This document shows, in pieces, positions 1 to 14,800 of a stretch of DNA of 48,684 bases. The DNA comes from Nemertoderma westbladi (taxonomy: Eukaryota; Animalia; Xenacoelomorpha), in assembly GCA_032718475.1 (NCBI GenBank), contig JAUCBJ010004280.1:1-48684 (forward strand), in the 5' to 3' direction. How positions within the stretch are numbered: position 1 is the first letter of the stretch; every line of letters starts with the position of its first letter. The translations under genes and the position numbers were made by a program. Below the pieces are notes generated by a model that worked only from the letters and a program-made list of their open reading frames with translations, was not told the origin of the DNA and did no database searches.

Positions 1-1100
1 GAATAATGGTGCAAATAATAATTTCACTGGACCATTTCTTGTGTCATTTTTGGGAGCACGAAAAGTGCTAGTAAATTTTTATTTGAAAATATTAAATACC
101 AGGTTTTGCGATTAGAAACTTCCTTTATTTAGGTTTTCGCATATGCTGAGTTCAATGGTGACATTCACAAAGACGTTGCATTGTGTCTAGCACCTTATTT
201 TTGGGTGCGGTGCGGCACGAAAATTACAAGTAGCAGAAATTTTGGAATTTATTTGGTCACGGATCTGTGGGTTAGAAAGGTATATAACAGGGTTTCGCAT
301 ATGCTGAGTTCATTGGTGACAATCTTAAACTCGTTGCATTGAGTCTAGCACCTGATTTTTGGGTGCGGTGCGGCACGAAAATTACATGAGTTAGTCAGAA
401 ATTTTGCAGTCCGCAGGCAAACATGCTAGGGTGCAAAAAAGTACAATTTCACACATCCGAGTAAGTCCAAAACATGTTTCATTGTAATCAGCACCCAAAA
501 ATACCCCTTCTTACATAAAATTTATGTCGATTTGATGTTGTTACAAAATGAAATTTTTTCATTACCAGCACTTTTCGTGCAACATGCGGGTGCAAAAAAG
601 TACAATTTCACACATCCGAGTAAGTCCAAAACATGTTTCATTGTAATCAGCACCCAAAAATACCCCTTCTTACATAAAATTTATGTCGATTTGATGTTGT
701 TACAAAATGAAATTTTTTCATTACCAGCACTTTTCGTGCAACATGCTGGGTGCAAAAAAGTAACAATTTCACACATCCGAGTAAGTCCAAAACATAATTC
801 ATTGTAATCAGCACCCCAAAAAACCTTATTAGGCAGTCAATAGTATAGATATCTTAATCTAAAAAAATTTCGATTTTTTTTCAGACACTATGAAAAAAAG
901 GGGGGCACCCACCGAAAAGTAGCAATCCGTTGAAAATAAAAATAGTGCCAAAAGGTGCGCCGATAAAAGTTAGGAAAAGTCAAGAAATTTGCGTATCTCA
1001 TTTTTAGTGCTTCTATGTTTGTAATCGATTTTTGATAGGGGGGGGGGGGGGGGGGGGGTTCATATGAACCCCCCCCCCCCCCCGGGACTGAAACGGTTAA
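1..1100 (-). mobile_element. End of a non-autonomous TTAA-flanked DNA transposon (piggyBac-like) with ~160-bp internal duplications
   Basis: The reverse complement begins TTAA CCGTTTCAGTCCCGG-poly(G)...AAATTTCTTGACTTTTCCTAA, matching the terminus at 30127 (TTAA CCCTATTTGGCCCGG-poly(G)...AAATTTCGTGACTTTTCCTAA). Internal repeats at ~135/~293 and ~421/~581/~741. Confidence 0.6.
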
Positions 1101-1703
1101 GGTGGACATCGCAAAAATCGTATCCGATTTTTCAAACTGCTGTAAAAACTTTCAAAATAACTGCATTTTAGATTCTGTATCAAACTATGCCCTGAAAAAT
1201 TATTATTGGCTTTACGAATTTATAGTTTGTCTAGGTTAATGATACTAAAAGTAGCAACATTTTGGCGCTTAGCCGTGGACCTAGGCATGGACCGTGGACA
1301 TTTTTATGTTTCCGACTATTGAATAAAAATTACATATTTTTTGTGTATAAAATGTAATACGCATGATTGTAAGTGGAAATCACTCAACTTTAACAACCAA
1401 AGCTATAACAAACGACCTGGGCTAAAAAGCACATGATTTATGACTGAAATTATTACTACATTTAACTCATGAAGTCTTTTTTTACCTTTTGTCTTTGACA
1501 ATTTATCTTTGTATAAGACGTAGCCTAGTACCACGATTAGTAACTATATAGTTACTAATATAAGTTACTATTAATTCTTCATCGTTGTTATGAGTTTATC
1601 AGGCATGTTTCTACGGAGCTCCTAAAAGGACAGGAAATCCTCGTTTGTTTTTTACTGCATCTCAATATAATGAGATCGCGGAAATTTTCACTAAGATAAG
1701 AAA

Positions 1704-2148
1704 ACAAGAATGGGGCACCGTATACAAGAATGGGGCACCGTATACAAGAATGGGGCACCGTATACAAGAATGGGGCACCGTATACAAGAATGGGGCACCG
1801 TATGCAAGAATGGGGCACCGTATACAAGAATGGGGCACCGTATACAAGAATGGGGCACCGTATACAAGAATTGGGCACCGTATACAAGAATGGGGCACCG
1901 TATACAAGAATGGGGCACCGTATGCAAGAATGGGGCACCGTATACAAGAATGGGGCACCGTATACAAGAATGGGGCACCGTATACAAGAATGGGGCCCCG
2001 TATAAAAGAATGGGGCACCGTATACAAGAATGGGGCACCGTATACAAGAATGGGGCGCCGTATACAAGAATGGGGCACCGTATACAAAAATGGGGCACCG
2101 TATACAAAAATGGGGCACCGTATACAAGAATGGGGCACCGTATACAAG
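1704..2148. repeat. Minisatellite, 20-bp unit TATACAAGAATGGGGCACCG, ~22 copies
   Basis: Directly visible 20-bp periodicity. Confidence 0.97.
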
Positions 2149-2676
2149 GAGGAAACTAAGAGGAAACTTTGTTCTGGTCGCCTAATTTTATGATTATATA
2201 TTTTATTATACCTAAAATGCAAATATTCTTCTTTTGATTTGAGCGTTATGATGTGTATCATTGATTTTTCTTAGTTATTAAAATTTAAATGAGAGCCCTA
2301 CGCGATTTTCTTCAACTAATATAGCACGTATTGTACGCTAACAGGCGTTATTAACCTAATATTACTTGAGCTATCAATGTATGGGTTGGCAAACCATTGC
2401 ACAGTATCCACAAAAGGATATTCATTCTTCATTGTTCAAACTGCTAAAAATACTCCTAGTACCAAAAGTTGATTTAATCGTTCCATTTCATTTGAATATG
2501 ATCATATTTCATTTCCTGATAAAAAGCTGGCCATGCAAGGAATCCAAATATGTAAAACATAGAAATTGGGCGATGAATTCACTGAGATATGGGCGATATT
2601 TCGATTTAATTAATAGAGATTCGAACTCGAGAAGATTTCAAGTTCGTTATTAATTTAATTTGGTGGATTTTAATAG

Positions 2677-2800
2677 GCGAGTTTGATGAGCTAAATATTA
2701 CTGTGGAGGTCCACGAAACTTGGGTGAATGTCTCGTGGCCCAAGTGGCAGACTAAAGATCAAAGACGACTGCTTCAATTCCTAGCGTCCTACCAAGAAGC
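2677..2800 (+). CDS. InR: InR exon, start of FnIII-1 ([42 protein letters not shown])
   Basis: tag acceptor at 2674-2676 and gtaagt donor at 2801. Resembles the INSR segment CENELL...LLGFMLFYKEA. Phases 1/2. Confidence 0.9.
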
Positions 2801-5800
2801 GTAAGTCAGAAACATTTGGTATAATAGTCGAATTATTACATTAATACTTATTAACATGTTTACAACTATAGGTTTGCAGAGAAGAGGAAGTGAGTTTGTT
2901 TTGTTTCACGGGAGTCCAATTTTCACTGAGTCTAGTGTTCACTGAGTCCAATGTTTACGGCTTCAATGTCCACTGAGTCCAATGTTCATTGAATCCAATG
3001 TTCACTGAGTCCAATGTTCAATGAGTCCAATGTCCACTGAGTCCAGTGTTCGCTGAGTCTAGTGTTCACTGAGTCCAATGTTCGCTGAGTTCAATATTTA
3101 CTGAGTTCAATGTTCACTGAATCCAATGTTCACTGAGTCCAACCACTGAGTCCAATGTTCACTGAGTCCAGTGTTCACTGAGTCCAATGTTCACTGAGTT
3201 CAATGTTCACTTATGCTACTGATCACTGAGTCCACTGTTCACTCAGTCCACAGTTCACTGAGTCCAATGTTTACTGAGTCCAATGTTTACTGAGTCCAAT
3301 GTTTACTGAGTCCAATGTGTACTGAGTCCACAGTTCATTGAGTCCAATGTTCACTGAGTCCAATGTTTAATGAGTCCAATGTGTACTGAGTCCACAGTTC
3401 ATTGATTCCAATGTTCACTGAGTCCAATGTTCACTGAGTCCAGTGTTCACTGACTCCAATGTACACTGAGTTCAATGTTCACTGAGTCCAATGTTCACTG
3501 AGTCCAATGTTCACTGAGTCCAATGTTCACTGAGTCCAATGTTCACTGAGTCCAATGTTCACTGAGTCCAATGTTCACTGAATCCAATATTCACTGAGTC
3601 CAATGTTCAATGAGTCCAATGTCCACTGAGTCCAATGTTCACTGAGTCCAATGTTCACTGAGTTCAATGTTCACTTAGTCCAATGTTCACTGAGTCCAAT
3701 GTAGTCCAATGTTCACTTAGTCCAATGTTCACTGAGTCAAATGTTCACTGAGTCCAATGTTCACTGAATCCAATGTTCACTGAGTCCACTGTTCACTGAG
3801 TCCAAAGTTCACTGAGTCCAATGTTCACTGAGTTCAATGTTCACTTAGTCCAATGTTCACTGAGTCCAATGTTCACTGAGCCCAATGTCCACTGAGTCCA
3901 ATGTTCACTGAGTCCAATGTTCACTGAGTCCAATGTTCACTTAGTCCAATGTCCACTGAGTCCAATGTTCACTGAGTCGAATGTTCACTCAGTCCAATGT
4001 TCACTTAGTCCAACCACTGAGTCCAATGTTCACTGAGTCTAATCACTGAGTTCAATGTTCACTTAGTCCAATGTTCACTGAGTCCAATGTAGTCCAATGT
4101 TCACTTAGTCCAATGTTCACTTAGTCCAATGTTCACTGAGTCAAATGTTCACTGAGTCCACTGTTCACTGAGTCCAAAGTTCACTGAGTCCAATGTTCAC
4201 TGAGTTCAATGTTCACTTAGTCCAATGTTCACTGAGTCCAATGTTCACTGAGTCCAATGTTCACTGAGTCTAATGTTCACTGAGTCCAATGTTCACTGAG
4301 TCCAATGTCCACTTAGCCCAATATTTTCACTGATTCCATGATGTCTCACCCACTTGTATAGCTGAACTATTGCTGAGAACCATTAGTAACCGGCTACATC
4401 TTTATATGTAAATTTATCCGTTCGTTACAATATTGTTTTTATAGACCCTCTCACAATATCACAGAGTTCTACGGAGAAGACGCATGTGGTGGGTCGAATT
4501 GGCAGACCATAGATGTGGATGCGAAGGAAAGCTCAGTTGTTATAAAGAATCTTCTTTCCTTCAAACAATACGCGGTCTTTATTAAAGGCTTTATTGTCAG
4601 TGGTCATGATGAGAAGTCAGCCAAAAGCAACATCACTTACTTTAAAACCCTTAACGCTAGTAAGTATACGATGAATTCTATAAACAGATACAAACAACTT
4701 TATGTTAAGTAACATTTGTAGAGTATCAATAATGTATATGGAAATTATGAACTCTACAGCTGGATGCTTGTTTGTTTTTTGTTTAGTTTGGAAGTCTTAT
4801 TGTTTCCCTTTATACAATAATAATTATTAATTGGTAATTTTTAAACCGGTTGTTAAATTTTAAATCTGATTTTATAAGCTCAGAAATTATCCAGCAGATA
4901 GCAGAATACTTGTGGCTGTGGGGTTATTATTGGATACTATTTTGCGACCTTATCTGACATGTTCTGATTTGATCAGCCTGATCAGAGACTGAGTATTTAC
5001 GAGTGCTGCAGCCAGGCTTCGCCTTGCGGTACGACAATGTCTGACTCAAGATACTCACTAATACTCCGCTGCAGTACTGCTTACTGCTATTAATTAATTA
5101 ACTATATTGCTTTGTGTTTCTCTATTTCTGCACTTATTTAGCTGACCGGTATTGTGTCTTCACAATATTATAATTTTCAACGTATTAATAATAATTATTG
5201 TTCTTGAATATAATACATATATTTTTATGTGTCTATGCAGCTCCAACAATACCCCGAGATCTGATAACTAATGCCCTTTCATCTCAATCTCTAATGTTGC
5301 GTTGGAAGGAGCCACTTTTTGCCAACGGGGTTATTCTCAGTTATATTATACAGTGGAAAAAAGTGGAATTTGATGAGAAATTGTTCAACACAAGGAATTA
5401 CTGCGACGACAGTTAGTTTGTTATTAGTTACTTAATTAATTGTCCTTTATATATTATTTTATTTATGATGTTTCTTCGTTAAGGTTATCCAGTTGTTTAT
5501 TATGTCTGTCTTCCAACAACAAGGTCATGCGTTCGACGAGACACGAAAAATGGAATTTTATTTATTTTTAAATTACAAGAAATAGTTTATGATGTTTTAG
5601 CATCATTAATGGCTTATTATGTGTAAATTCGAAAAATTTTCAAAATAGCACCACATTTTAATTTCTCGAATTTGGTACTTTTCAATTCGAATTTACAGAA
5701 CTAAAATATTCCCAATTTGATGCTGGTCCGTTACTGAATCGCTAATTTAAATGTTTTTCTATGAATTTCTAAATTTCAAAAAAGTTTAAATTCGAAATTT

Positions 5801-8800
5801 GGATACGAGGCTTTTTTTCCTACAGCATTCATTAACCTATGTTGTGGCCGAATTTATTACTTAGAAAAAGCTTGAATATTCCGATATTTTGATTAGTGCA
5901 TGTATAGTCGAATTTTAAGAACATCATAAAAATTGCCGTTTCTGGTTAGGGGATGTTGGCTGAGATACTCGAGTAATTGCTAATATCTCGCCAACTGTTG
6001 ATAGACATGTCGTACCTTATTGGCTAACTCGGTTGGGTAGTTGGGTAGACTGTTTACTCATAATTGACAGCGAATGAACGTCACAGGGTTCCAGGTATCA
6101 GATTGGCTATATTTTTACAGTATTACACATATAGTTAAATACTAAACCGTTAATAATACGAATATGATAAAGTATTATTTAATTTATAAATTATAAATAT
6201 TAATCAAATCGAAAGACAGTAATAATTCATATTGATGTCATTTATAAATACCAACGTGCGATATCCTCGTAGGCCACGCCACGGTTGGAAATCGGCAGCG
6301 TCGTCAGGTTCGTATCTTGAGAAACTCTATAGTTTTATATTTGAAGATGTTGGTATTATATTTTCTTTAATTTTATTTGGTAGTGCACTCCACAGTTTTA
6401 TAAGGCCATAGGCTTTCGTGGCCGTATTTATTCTTAGTTTTGAGTTTATATTAATTATGTTTTTAGTATGGCGGGTTTAATAAAATTTCAAATTTTGATA
6501 GAAAAGGTTTTAACTGGCTCAGATAGGTTGTGCAAATTTATCAGTACAGTAAACCAAAATATGATCTCCTGTAATTCCATTGCGGTATAATATCTCTTTT
6601 ATTCGTTTCCCAAAAATAATTCGTAATCATATTATAATTCAAAAATAATTCGTTATCGTGTTGTAGACTAATATAATTATTGATCCCATTAATTATTATG
6701 GTATTTTAAATATATATATTATATATATATATTATGTATATTAATTTTGTTTTTTGTGGTAATTGTCCTGTTAGTTATTGAGGGTAGACAATATACTGGA
6801 TTGTATTAATTATGTGTATCGAATAATGGTAGAAGATTATACTATTTCGGGTATGTTGGTTGTGTATATGCGACATGCGTGAAAAGTAGCCATATCTATT
6901 TCCGGTATGTTGGTTGTGTATATGCGTGAAAAGTAGTCATATCTATTTCCGGTATGTTGGTTGTGTATATGCGTGAAAAGTAGTCATATCTATTTCCGGT
7001 ATGTTGGTTGTGTATATGCGTGAAAAGTAGTCATATCTATTTCCGGTATGTTGGTTGTGTATATGCGTGAAAAGTAGCCATATCTATTTCCGGTATGTTG
7101 GTTGTGTATATGCGTGAAAAGTAGTCATATCTATTTCCGGTATGTTGGTTGTGTATATGCGTGAAAAGTAGTCATATCTATTTCCGGTATGTTGGTTGTG
7201 TATATGCGTGAAAAGTAGCCATATCTATTTCCGGTATGTTGGTTGTGTATATGCGTGAAAAGTAGCCATATCTATTTCCGGTATGTTGGTTGTGTATATG
7301 CGTGAAAAGTAGCCATATCTATTTCCGGTATGTTGGTTGTGTATATGCGTGAAAAGTAGTCATATCTATTTCCGGTATGTTGGTTGTGTATATGCGTGAA
7401 AAGTAGCCATATCTATTTCCGGTATGTTGGTTGTGTATATGCGTGAAAAGTAGCCATATCTATTTCCGGTATGTTGGTTGTGTATATGCGTGAAAAGTAG
7501 CCATATCTATTTCCGGTATGTTGGTTGTGTATATGCGTGAAAAGTAGCCATATCTATTTCCGGTATGTTGGTTGTGTATATGCGTGAAAAGTAGCCATAT
7601 CTATTTCCGGTATGTTGGTTGTGTATATGCGTGAAAAGTAGTCATATCTATTTCCGGTATGTTGGTTGTGTATATGCGTGAAAAGTAGTCATATCTATTT
7701 CCGGTATGTTGGTTGTGTATATGCGTGAAAAGTAGTCATATCTATTTCCGGTATGTTGGTTGTGTATATGCGTGAAAAGTAGTCATATCTATTTCCGGTA
7801 TGTTGGTTGTGTATATGCGTGAAAAGTAGTCATATCTATTTCCGGTATGTTGGTTGTGTATATGCGTGAAAAGTAGTCATATCTATTTCCGGTATGTTGG
7901 TTGTGTATATGCGTGAAAAGTAGTCATATCTATTTCGGGTATGTTGGTTGTGTATATGCGTGAAAAGTAGTCATATCCTTTACCGTTAGGCAGGGTAATG
8001 TTAATGTTATGTTTTCTATTTTTACTCGTTACCCACTATCGTTTGTCAGTTAGCTAGTTCTAAATTGAGGTATTCTTAATAAGATGTTGAATGGAATACT
8101 AACTACGTACATTTTTTTTCAATAACAACTTTGCATTTTTAGAGAAACCTTCCCCGAAAGCCAGGGATCATATTCTAGAAGAGGAAGTAACCACGTCAAC
8201 CAAACCCCCACGACGTGTTGGTCCTGACGACGAAGAATGTTGCCGGTGCAGCACAAGAGATTACGAAGCTCTCGCCAGAGAGTCCTTGGAGAAGATGATA
8301 TTCGAAGATACGCTAAATAATTATATTTTTGTTAAAAGGTCAGTTTTGTTTGTTCTTTCGCGCTGAGTAGTAACCTAAGTGATGGCTGTATCCCACCTAG
8401 AACTATTATTACACAATGCATCGATTCTGTTTTCTTTCTTTAGTCGCTTAAAACCGCATTTCTCGCTTTAACCAAATTTTTCCCACACATCAATTGCGAC
8501 GCTCGGATTTTATCTGATTTTTCTAGTGAGTTTGGCTGTTTTCACATATTGTGAAAGATAAATAGAAGTCCAGTCGTTTTGAGTAAAATAAAGTAAGTAA
8601 ATAATTTAGTGAAGCAGTGTGGTAATGAGTCGATCGTTGTAAGTAAAGTTCCACTGATTGAGTTTATAAGATTTCTGTTATCCCATAGCGATTCTTCCAC
8701 ACGCGCTCAGCGCCTCACGCGCTTCGTCTCAAACCGTAACGGGTAAGCCAAAGTGAAACCACTGACTCATTTCCATTTCACATTCTTTCCCGCACACAAT

Positions 8801-11800
8801 GACTGACATTAATTTCATTTACTAATTAATTTAATTTGATACCGATGGATGATATTTTATTTGTAAGATGGAATGTATTTAAGCGAGTTTGGCCGTGGTT
8901 GTTATGAATTATTTTTATTGGAATCTGGTAGTTGTGTTGTATATTTTAATGTACACAACGTTTAAACCAATGTGTTCGAATATTTTTATACGAACGATAA
9001 AAACTACCCAGTTAACATATCTGTAACAATTCATAGATGGTACTATTCATTCAGTTGGATTAGTTTTTGTAAATTGTGATAATTTTTGGTTCGTGTGCTG
9101 TTAAATATGGCTGTGGTGGCCCTATGTGCCCTCCGTACTGTTGGATATGGTTGTTACCGTATGTGCCCTCCGTACTGTTGGATATGGTTGTTACCGTATG
9201 TGCCCTCCGTACTGTTGGATATGGTTGTTACCGTATGTGCCCTGCCCTCCGTACTGTTGGATATGGTTGTTACCGTATGTGCCCTGCCCTCCGTACTGTT
9301 GGATATGGTTGTTACCGTATGTGCCCTGCCCTCCGTACTGTTGGATATGGTTGTTACCGTATGTGCCCTGCCCTCCGTACTGTTGGATATGGTTGTTACC
9401 GTATGTGCCCTGCCCTCCGTACTGTTGGATATGGTTGTTACCGTATGTTCCCTCCGTACTGTTGGATATGGTTGTTACAGTATGTGCCCTGCCCTCCGTA
9501 CTGTTGGATATGGTTGTTACCCTATGTGCCCTCCGTACTGTTGGATATGGTTGTTACCGTATGTGCCCTCCGTACTGTTGGATATGGTTGTTACCGTATG
9601 TGCCCTGCCCTCCGCACTGTTGGATATGGTTGTTACCGTATGTGCCCTGCCCTCCGTACTGTTGGATATGGTTGTTACCGTATGTGCCCTCCGTACTGTT
9701 GGATATGGTTGTTACCGTATGTGCCCTCCGTACTGTTGGATATGGTTGTTACCGTATGTGCCCTCCGTACTGTTGGATATGGTTGTTACCCTATGTGCCC
9801 TCCGTACTGTTGGATATGGTTGTTACCGTATGTGCCCTCCGTACTGTTGGATATGGTTGTTACCGTATGTGCCCTGCCCTCCGTACTGTTGGATATGGTT
9901 GTTACCGTATGTGCCCTCCGTACTGTTGGATATGGTTGTTACCCTATGTGCCCTCCGTACTGTTGGATATGGTTGTTACCGTATGTGCCCTCCGTACTGT
10001 TGGATATGGTTGTTACCGTATGTGCCCTACCCTCCGCACTGTTGGATATGGTTGTTACCGTATGTGCCCTGCCCTCCGTACTGTTGGATATGGTTGTTAC
10101 CGTATGTGCCCTCCGTACTGTTGGATATGGTTGTTACCGTATGTGCCCTGCCCTCCGTACTGTTGGATATGGTTGTTACCGTATGTGCCCTGCCCTCCGT
10201 ACTGTTGGATATGGTTGTTACCGTATGTGCCCTGCCCTCCGTACTGTTGGATATGGTTGTTACCGTATGTGCCCTGCCCTCCGTACTGTTGGATATGGTT
10301 GTTACCGTATGTGCCCTGCCCTCCGTACTGTTGGATATGGTTGTTACCGTATGTGCCCTCCGTACTGTTGGATATGGTTGTTACCGTATGTGCCCTGCCC
10401 TCCGTACTGTTGGATATGGTTGTTACCGTATGTGCCCTGCCCTCCGTACTGCTGGATATGGTTGTTACCGTATGTGCCCTCCGTACTGTTGGATATGGTT
10501 GTTACCGTATGTGCCCTGCCCTCCGTACTGTTGGATATGGTTGTTACCGTATGTGCCCTCCGTACTGTTGGATATGGTTGTTACCGTATGTGCCCTGCCC
10601 TCCGTACTGTTGGATATGGTTGTTACCGTATGTGCCCTGCCCTCCGTACTGCTGGATATGGTTGTTACCGTATGTGCCCTGCCCTCCGTACTGTTGGATA
10701 TGGTTGTTACCGTATGTGCCCTGCCCTCCGTACTGTTGGATATGGTTGTTACCGTATGTGCCCTGCCCTCCGTGTTGTTGGATATGGTTGTTACCGTATG
10801 TGCCCTGCCCTCCGTACTGTTCGATATGGTTGTTACCGTATGTGCCCTGCCCTCCGCACTGTTGGATATGGTTGTTACCGTATGTGCCCTGCCCTCCGTA
10901 CTGTTGGATATGGTTGTTACCGTATGTGCCCTGCCCTCCGTACTGTTGGATATGGTTGTTACCGTATGTTCCCTCCGTACTGTTGGATATGGTTGTTACC
11001 GTATGTGCCCTGCCCTCCGTACTGTTGGATATGGTTGTTACCGTATGTGCCCTCCGCACTGTTGGATATGGTTGTTACCGTATGTGCCCTCCGTACTGTT
11101 GGATATGGTTGTTACCGTATGTGCCCTGCTCTCCCTACTGTTGGATATGGTTGTTACCGTATGTGCCCTGCCCTCCGTACTGTTGGATATGGTTGTTACC
11201 GTATGTGCCCTGCCCTCCGTACTGTTGGATATGGTTGTTACCGTATGTGCCCTGCCCTCCGTACTGTTGGATATGGTTGTTACCGTATGTGCCCTGCCCT
11301 CCGTATTGTTGGATATGGTTGTTACCGTATGTGCCCTGCCCTCCGTACTGTTGGATATGGTTGTTACCGTATGTGCTTCCGTTGTGCCCATTTTGTAGGC
11401 CTATTATAATTTATTTAACGATATTGTTTGACATAATAAAGCTATCCTAATATTCTGCTGTTTTTCTCGAAGCAATAATAAATTTTTATTGAGGTAATAA
11501 ATTGCAAAGTATTTTGTATTTCACTAAAACCGTATTGAACCGTATTCATTTTTCAATGTGATGCATTATTTTCTCCAAATTCATTAGACCAAATTTGTTG
11601 GATGATTGAATGTGGGGAAATGAGTCATGTGGTTGGTATCACATTGGAGCAAAATATATACGGCTATTACCGTTCGGCGTGGGGGTGTTTTCAAACACCA
11701 ACGGCATGTTTATGTGACACCAAGTTTAGCCTTGACTTTGATTGTTTGACAGCGAATAAAGGCAAACATCCATTATTAACATTCGAAACATTTATCGAAG

Positions 11801-14800
11801 TAGGTAGGGTAAGCTCACGTTACCTCATATCCAGAATTAGAATATAAATATATGTTATGAAAGTAATCGTTTTACTAAGACGATGTGGCATACAGTAGAG
11901 TACATCAATTACTTTTAACTTGAAAGCACTGGACAAATATTAGTCTAATAGTATATTACGTTAATGTAAAGACAGCCACCCTTTTCTACACACACCCGCA
12001 ACCACCCACCCTCATTTCCTCCTAATTTTTCCACAAATCCATATCATATTCATATTGCATGCTGTTGGAACCGGGGCACTCTTAAGTCTAAATTTTAGAT
12101 CAAAAACCTTTCTTTCCAGATCCTTTTTTTTTTATACAAATCCCCGCCAATATTGCACACAATTTCCCTACAGCTTTATTAGTAGCCCTTATGGATACTG
12201 CAGTTAACTTAGCTTATAGGTAATTTTGATGTGATTCCATGTCACTGTCACAAAACATTTAATAATGAGGTTGGTGCTAGGTGCATTAAAATAAAAATCG
12301 ATTAGGTGATTTTGGCTGAATGAGTGGTTTTAAGTACCTTCCTATTATTATAAGTTTTGTTGGGCACAGCTTTGCAAAGTCGTCAATGACGTCCAGGTGG
12401 TATCGAACTGGTGACTTCCGGGTTGGAAGTCTTACGCTCTAACCATTCAGCTGGTTCGGCTCAGGTAAAAGGTACTGCCCGACAAAAGTTTAAATTAAAG
12501 GCCGCCTTAAGTATGGCCTTGGCCTATGACTTTATGTAAAGACCTCTTAAGTTTAGTTATCCAATTGTTTTTAAGGACTAACCAGACTCTGTCCAGATGT
12601 TCTCAATAGACTTTCCTTCGAATAATTTAATTATTAATTTTTACATCGGCAGTTGATATCAACTTGTATCTTATTAGTCGTCCGTGACGTCACTTTCTCT
12701 GCAAGCATTGCTTCTTTTTGAAATAAATAAAATCATGCGTAATGTTTGAGCGACTTAAAACTCATTTCAATAGATAACATCATATAATATTAACATTAAC
12801 ATAATATAACCAACCACATCACCAAAGATTTTTAATTATGGATTTTCACACCACAATTTTCTGGTGTATATTTCCACATGTGGCAAACTCATTTAGCACA
12901 TTATTGTGAGAGGAGTTCTGTATTAAATGTACATTTACATTTATACGTTTATATTATATGTACATTTATTATATGTACATATTAATGTACATTTATATTA
13001 ATTCGATTTTATCCTTGTAACTACTGCTACTTAGTAACCTACGACCGGTTGACAGGATTGACAAGGGATACTGAAACTATAAAATATATTATTGGAAAGA
13101 AACTGTAATTCAGACTCTATCCCAAACATACAACGTTTTCGATCTCCTGCTCTGTTTCTGTTTTTGAATTGTACTTAGATATTGACTGGGTTAAGGAGAA
13201 ATTAAGTCTCCCCTCAGGCAGGCATTGTCGTAGTCATGGGAGAGAGAGTGGAGCCCCCCCCCCAAATTAAGAAAAAGTTAAAAATAAAAGGGAAATTTGG
13301 GACAGCTAGCCGATGATGGCTATCGGGTGTATTTGTACCTGACAGTGAGGGACTTTCGGACTCTCATTTGAATTCCGGAATTTGGTACATTTTGGTGACT
13401 AAATAAACTCGTAGTTGAGCGAGTACATAGTGTCAGTGGCGTAGCCACGGGGTATTAATGGGGGGGGGGGGGGGGGGGGCACTCCACCCCCCTCCCCCTT
13501 TCAACCTGCTTACCCCTACACCTCATGCAGGAAGGAAGTCTGATATTTTATATTGTTAAACAAGAGTTTTAAAAAAATATTTCCTCGTATTATATTTTTC
13601 TCAAAACCCCCACCCCCCCTCCCTCTCCTTACGCTACTGTAAGATTACTTGAGAAATGTGTAAACTAATCCCATCCTGATACCGAGATGGAAATTATCCG
13701 TACTTTTCGTGATTTATTTTTCTCCTATCCCATTTTATATGCCTTATAACTAAACATAAATGAACATTCTTTAAACTCCATACTTGACTTCTAAAATTCA
13801 TTTTAGAATTATTCACAAAATCTGGTTCTATTCATAGCTATTCTACCCGATCGGCAGCCCGAGGTGACTACTATATTCAAACTGTAAGGCTCTCTTCATC
13901 TCAACGCTCTTTGAGCTTCCAGGGCCCTCAAATTTGGAATATCATTCCTTCGGACATTAGGTCTTCAAAAACAAAAACAATCTTTTCTAAAAAATTAAAA
14001 CAATATCTGTTAGCCTCTATCTGATTAACTCTATTTTATTTTTATTTGTTTTTTATTGAATTTTTTTTTCCCTTATGAAATGCAATTATAATGCACAAAA
14101 TTTTAAAATTTATCAATTTTATATGTGTTAGTTTGCCTGCGTTGGTGCATGGACCTGACCCGTCGTGTGTTATCGATTGCTTGTGTGATGTGAATAAAAA
14201 ACGTCAGCAAGTTCTAAATTGGTAAAATTCTGAATCTAGTATAAACTGAACCCTCACTCTCCTCCCCCCCCCCCCCCCCCCCCCCTCCCCCCCAAGTTAC
14301 TCTCCCCCATGTCCACAACACCCCCACACTCCACTATTTCCAGCATCTGGATACTAGCACTACTAGCTATGCTATTGCTATAGTATCCAGTGCAATGTTT
14401 TTTTCAATGTTAGTATGTTAGTTATATCATTTACTTTATGTATGTGCATTGTACATATTTTATGGAAGTAATGGAAAGGAAATTAAAAATAAATTGAAAT
14501 TGAAATTGACTTGATAATATACGACTTGATACTCCAAGTCGTAATACCACTTTATAAGATTGCAGTGGTACCGTCTCCTCTCCTGGAATCCTTGATGACG
14601 CTCGGATTCTATAACGCTACGGACTGTAGTCTTATAAAGTGCTGTATTATAAGACTTGAGTTGAACACTGTTTTTTTTTATAAAAGGTAATAAGAATTTC
14701 AATAAGAAATTAAACTTTTAAAATATTTTTTATTGTTTATGTTTTTTCGTAAATTATAGTCTTCCTTATATTTGTTTTTAATCATTTTAATATAATTGCA

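Noticed and set aside
1097-1130. Kolobok-like terminus TTAA|GGTGGACATC
   Set aside because: I could not find a matching inverted end in the window.
1588-2261. Overlapping ORFs on both strands, and a possible exon at ~1603 (GNPRLF...)
   Set aside because: The ORFs come from the 20-bp repeat. The GNPRL segment lacks the conserved Cys of the L2 NPKLC motif and a usable donor.
2911-4335. AP-1 site cluster in the 16-bp repeat
   Set aside because: The unit has TGAGTCC, not TGAGTCA, in nearly all copies.
9076-11450. Three ~770-aa ORFs, plus minus-strand Gly/Tyr/Gln-rich ORFs
   Set aside because: They are translations of the 37/42-bp minisatellite, open in all frames only because the unit lacks stops, and lie inside an InR intron.
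12391-12462. Functional tRNA-Gly gene
   Set aside because: Acceptor and anticodon stems do not pair; only the promoter boxes are recognisable.
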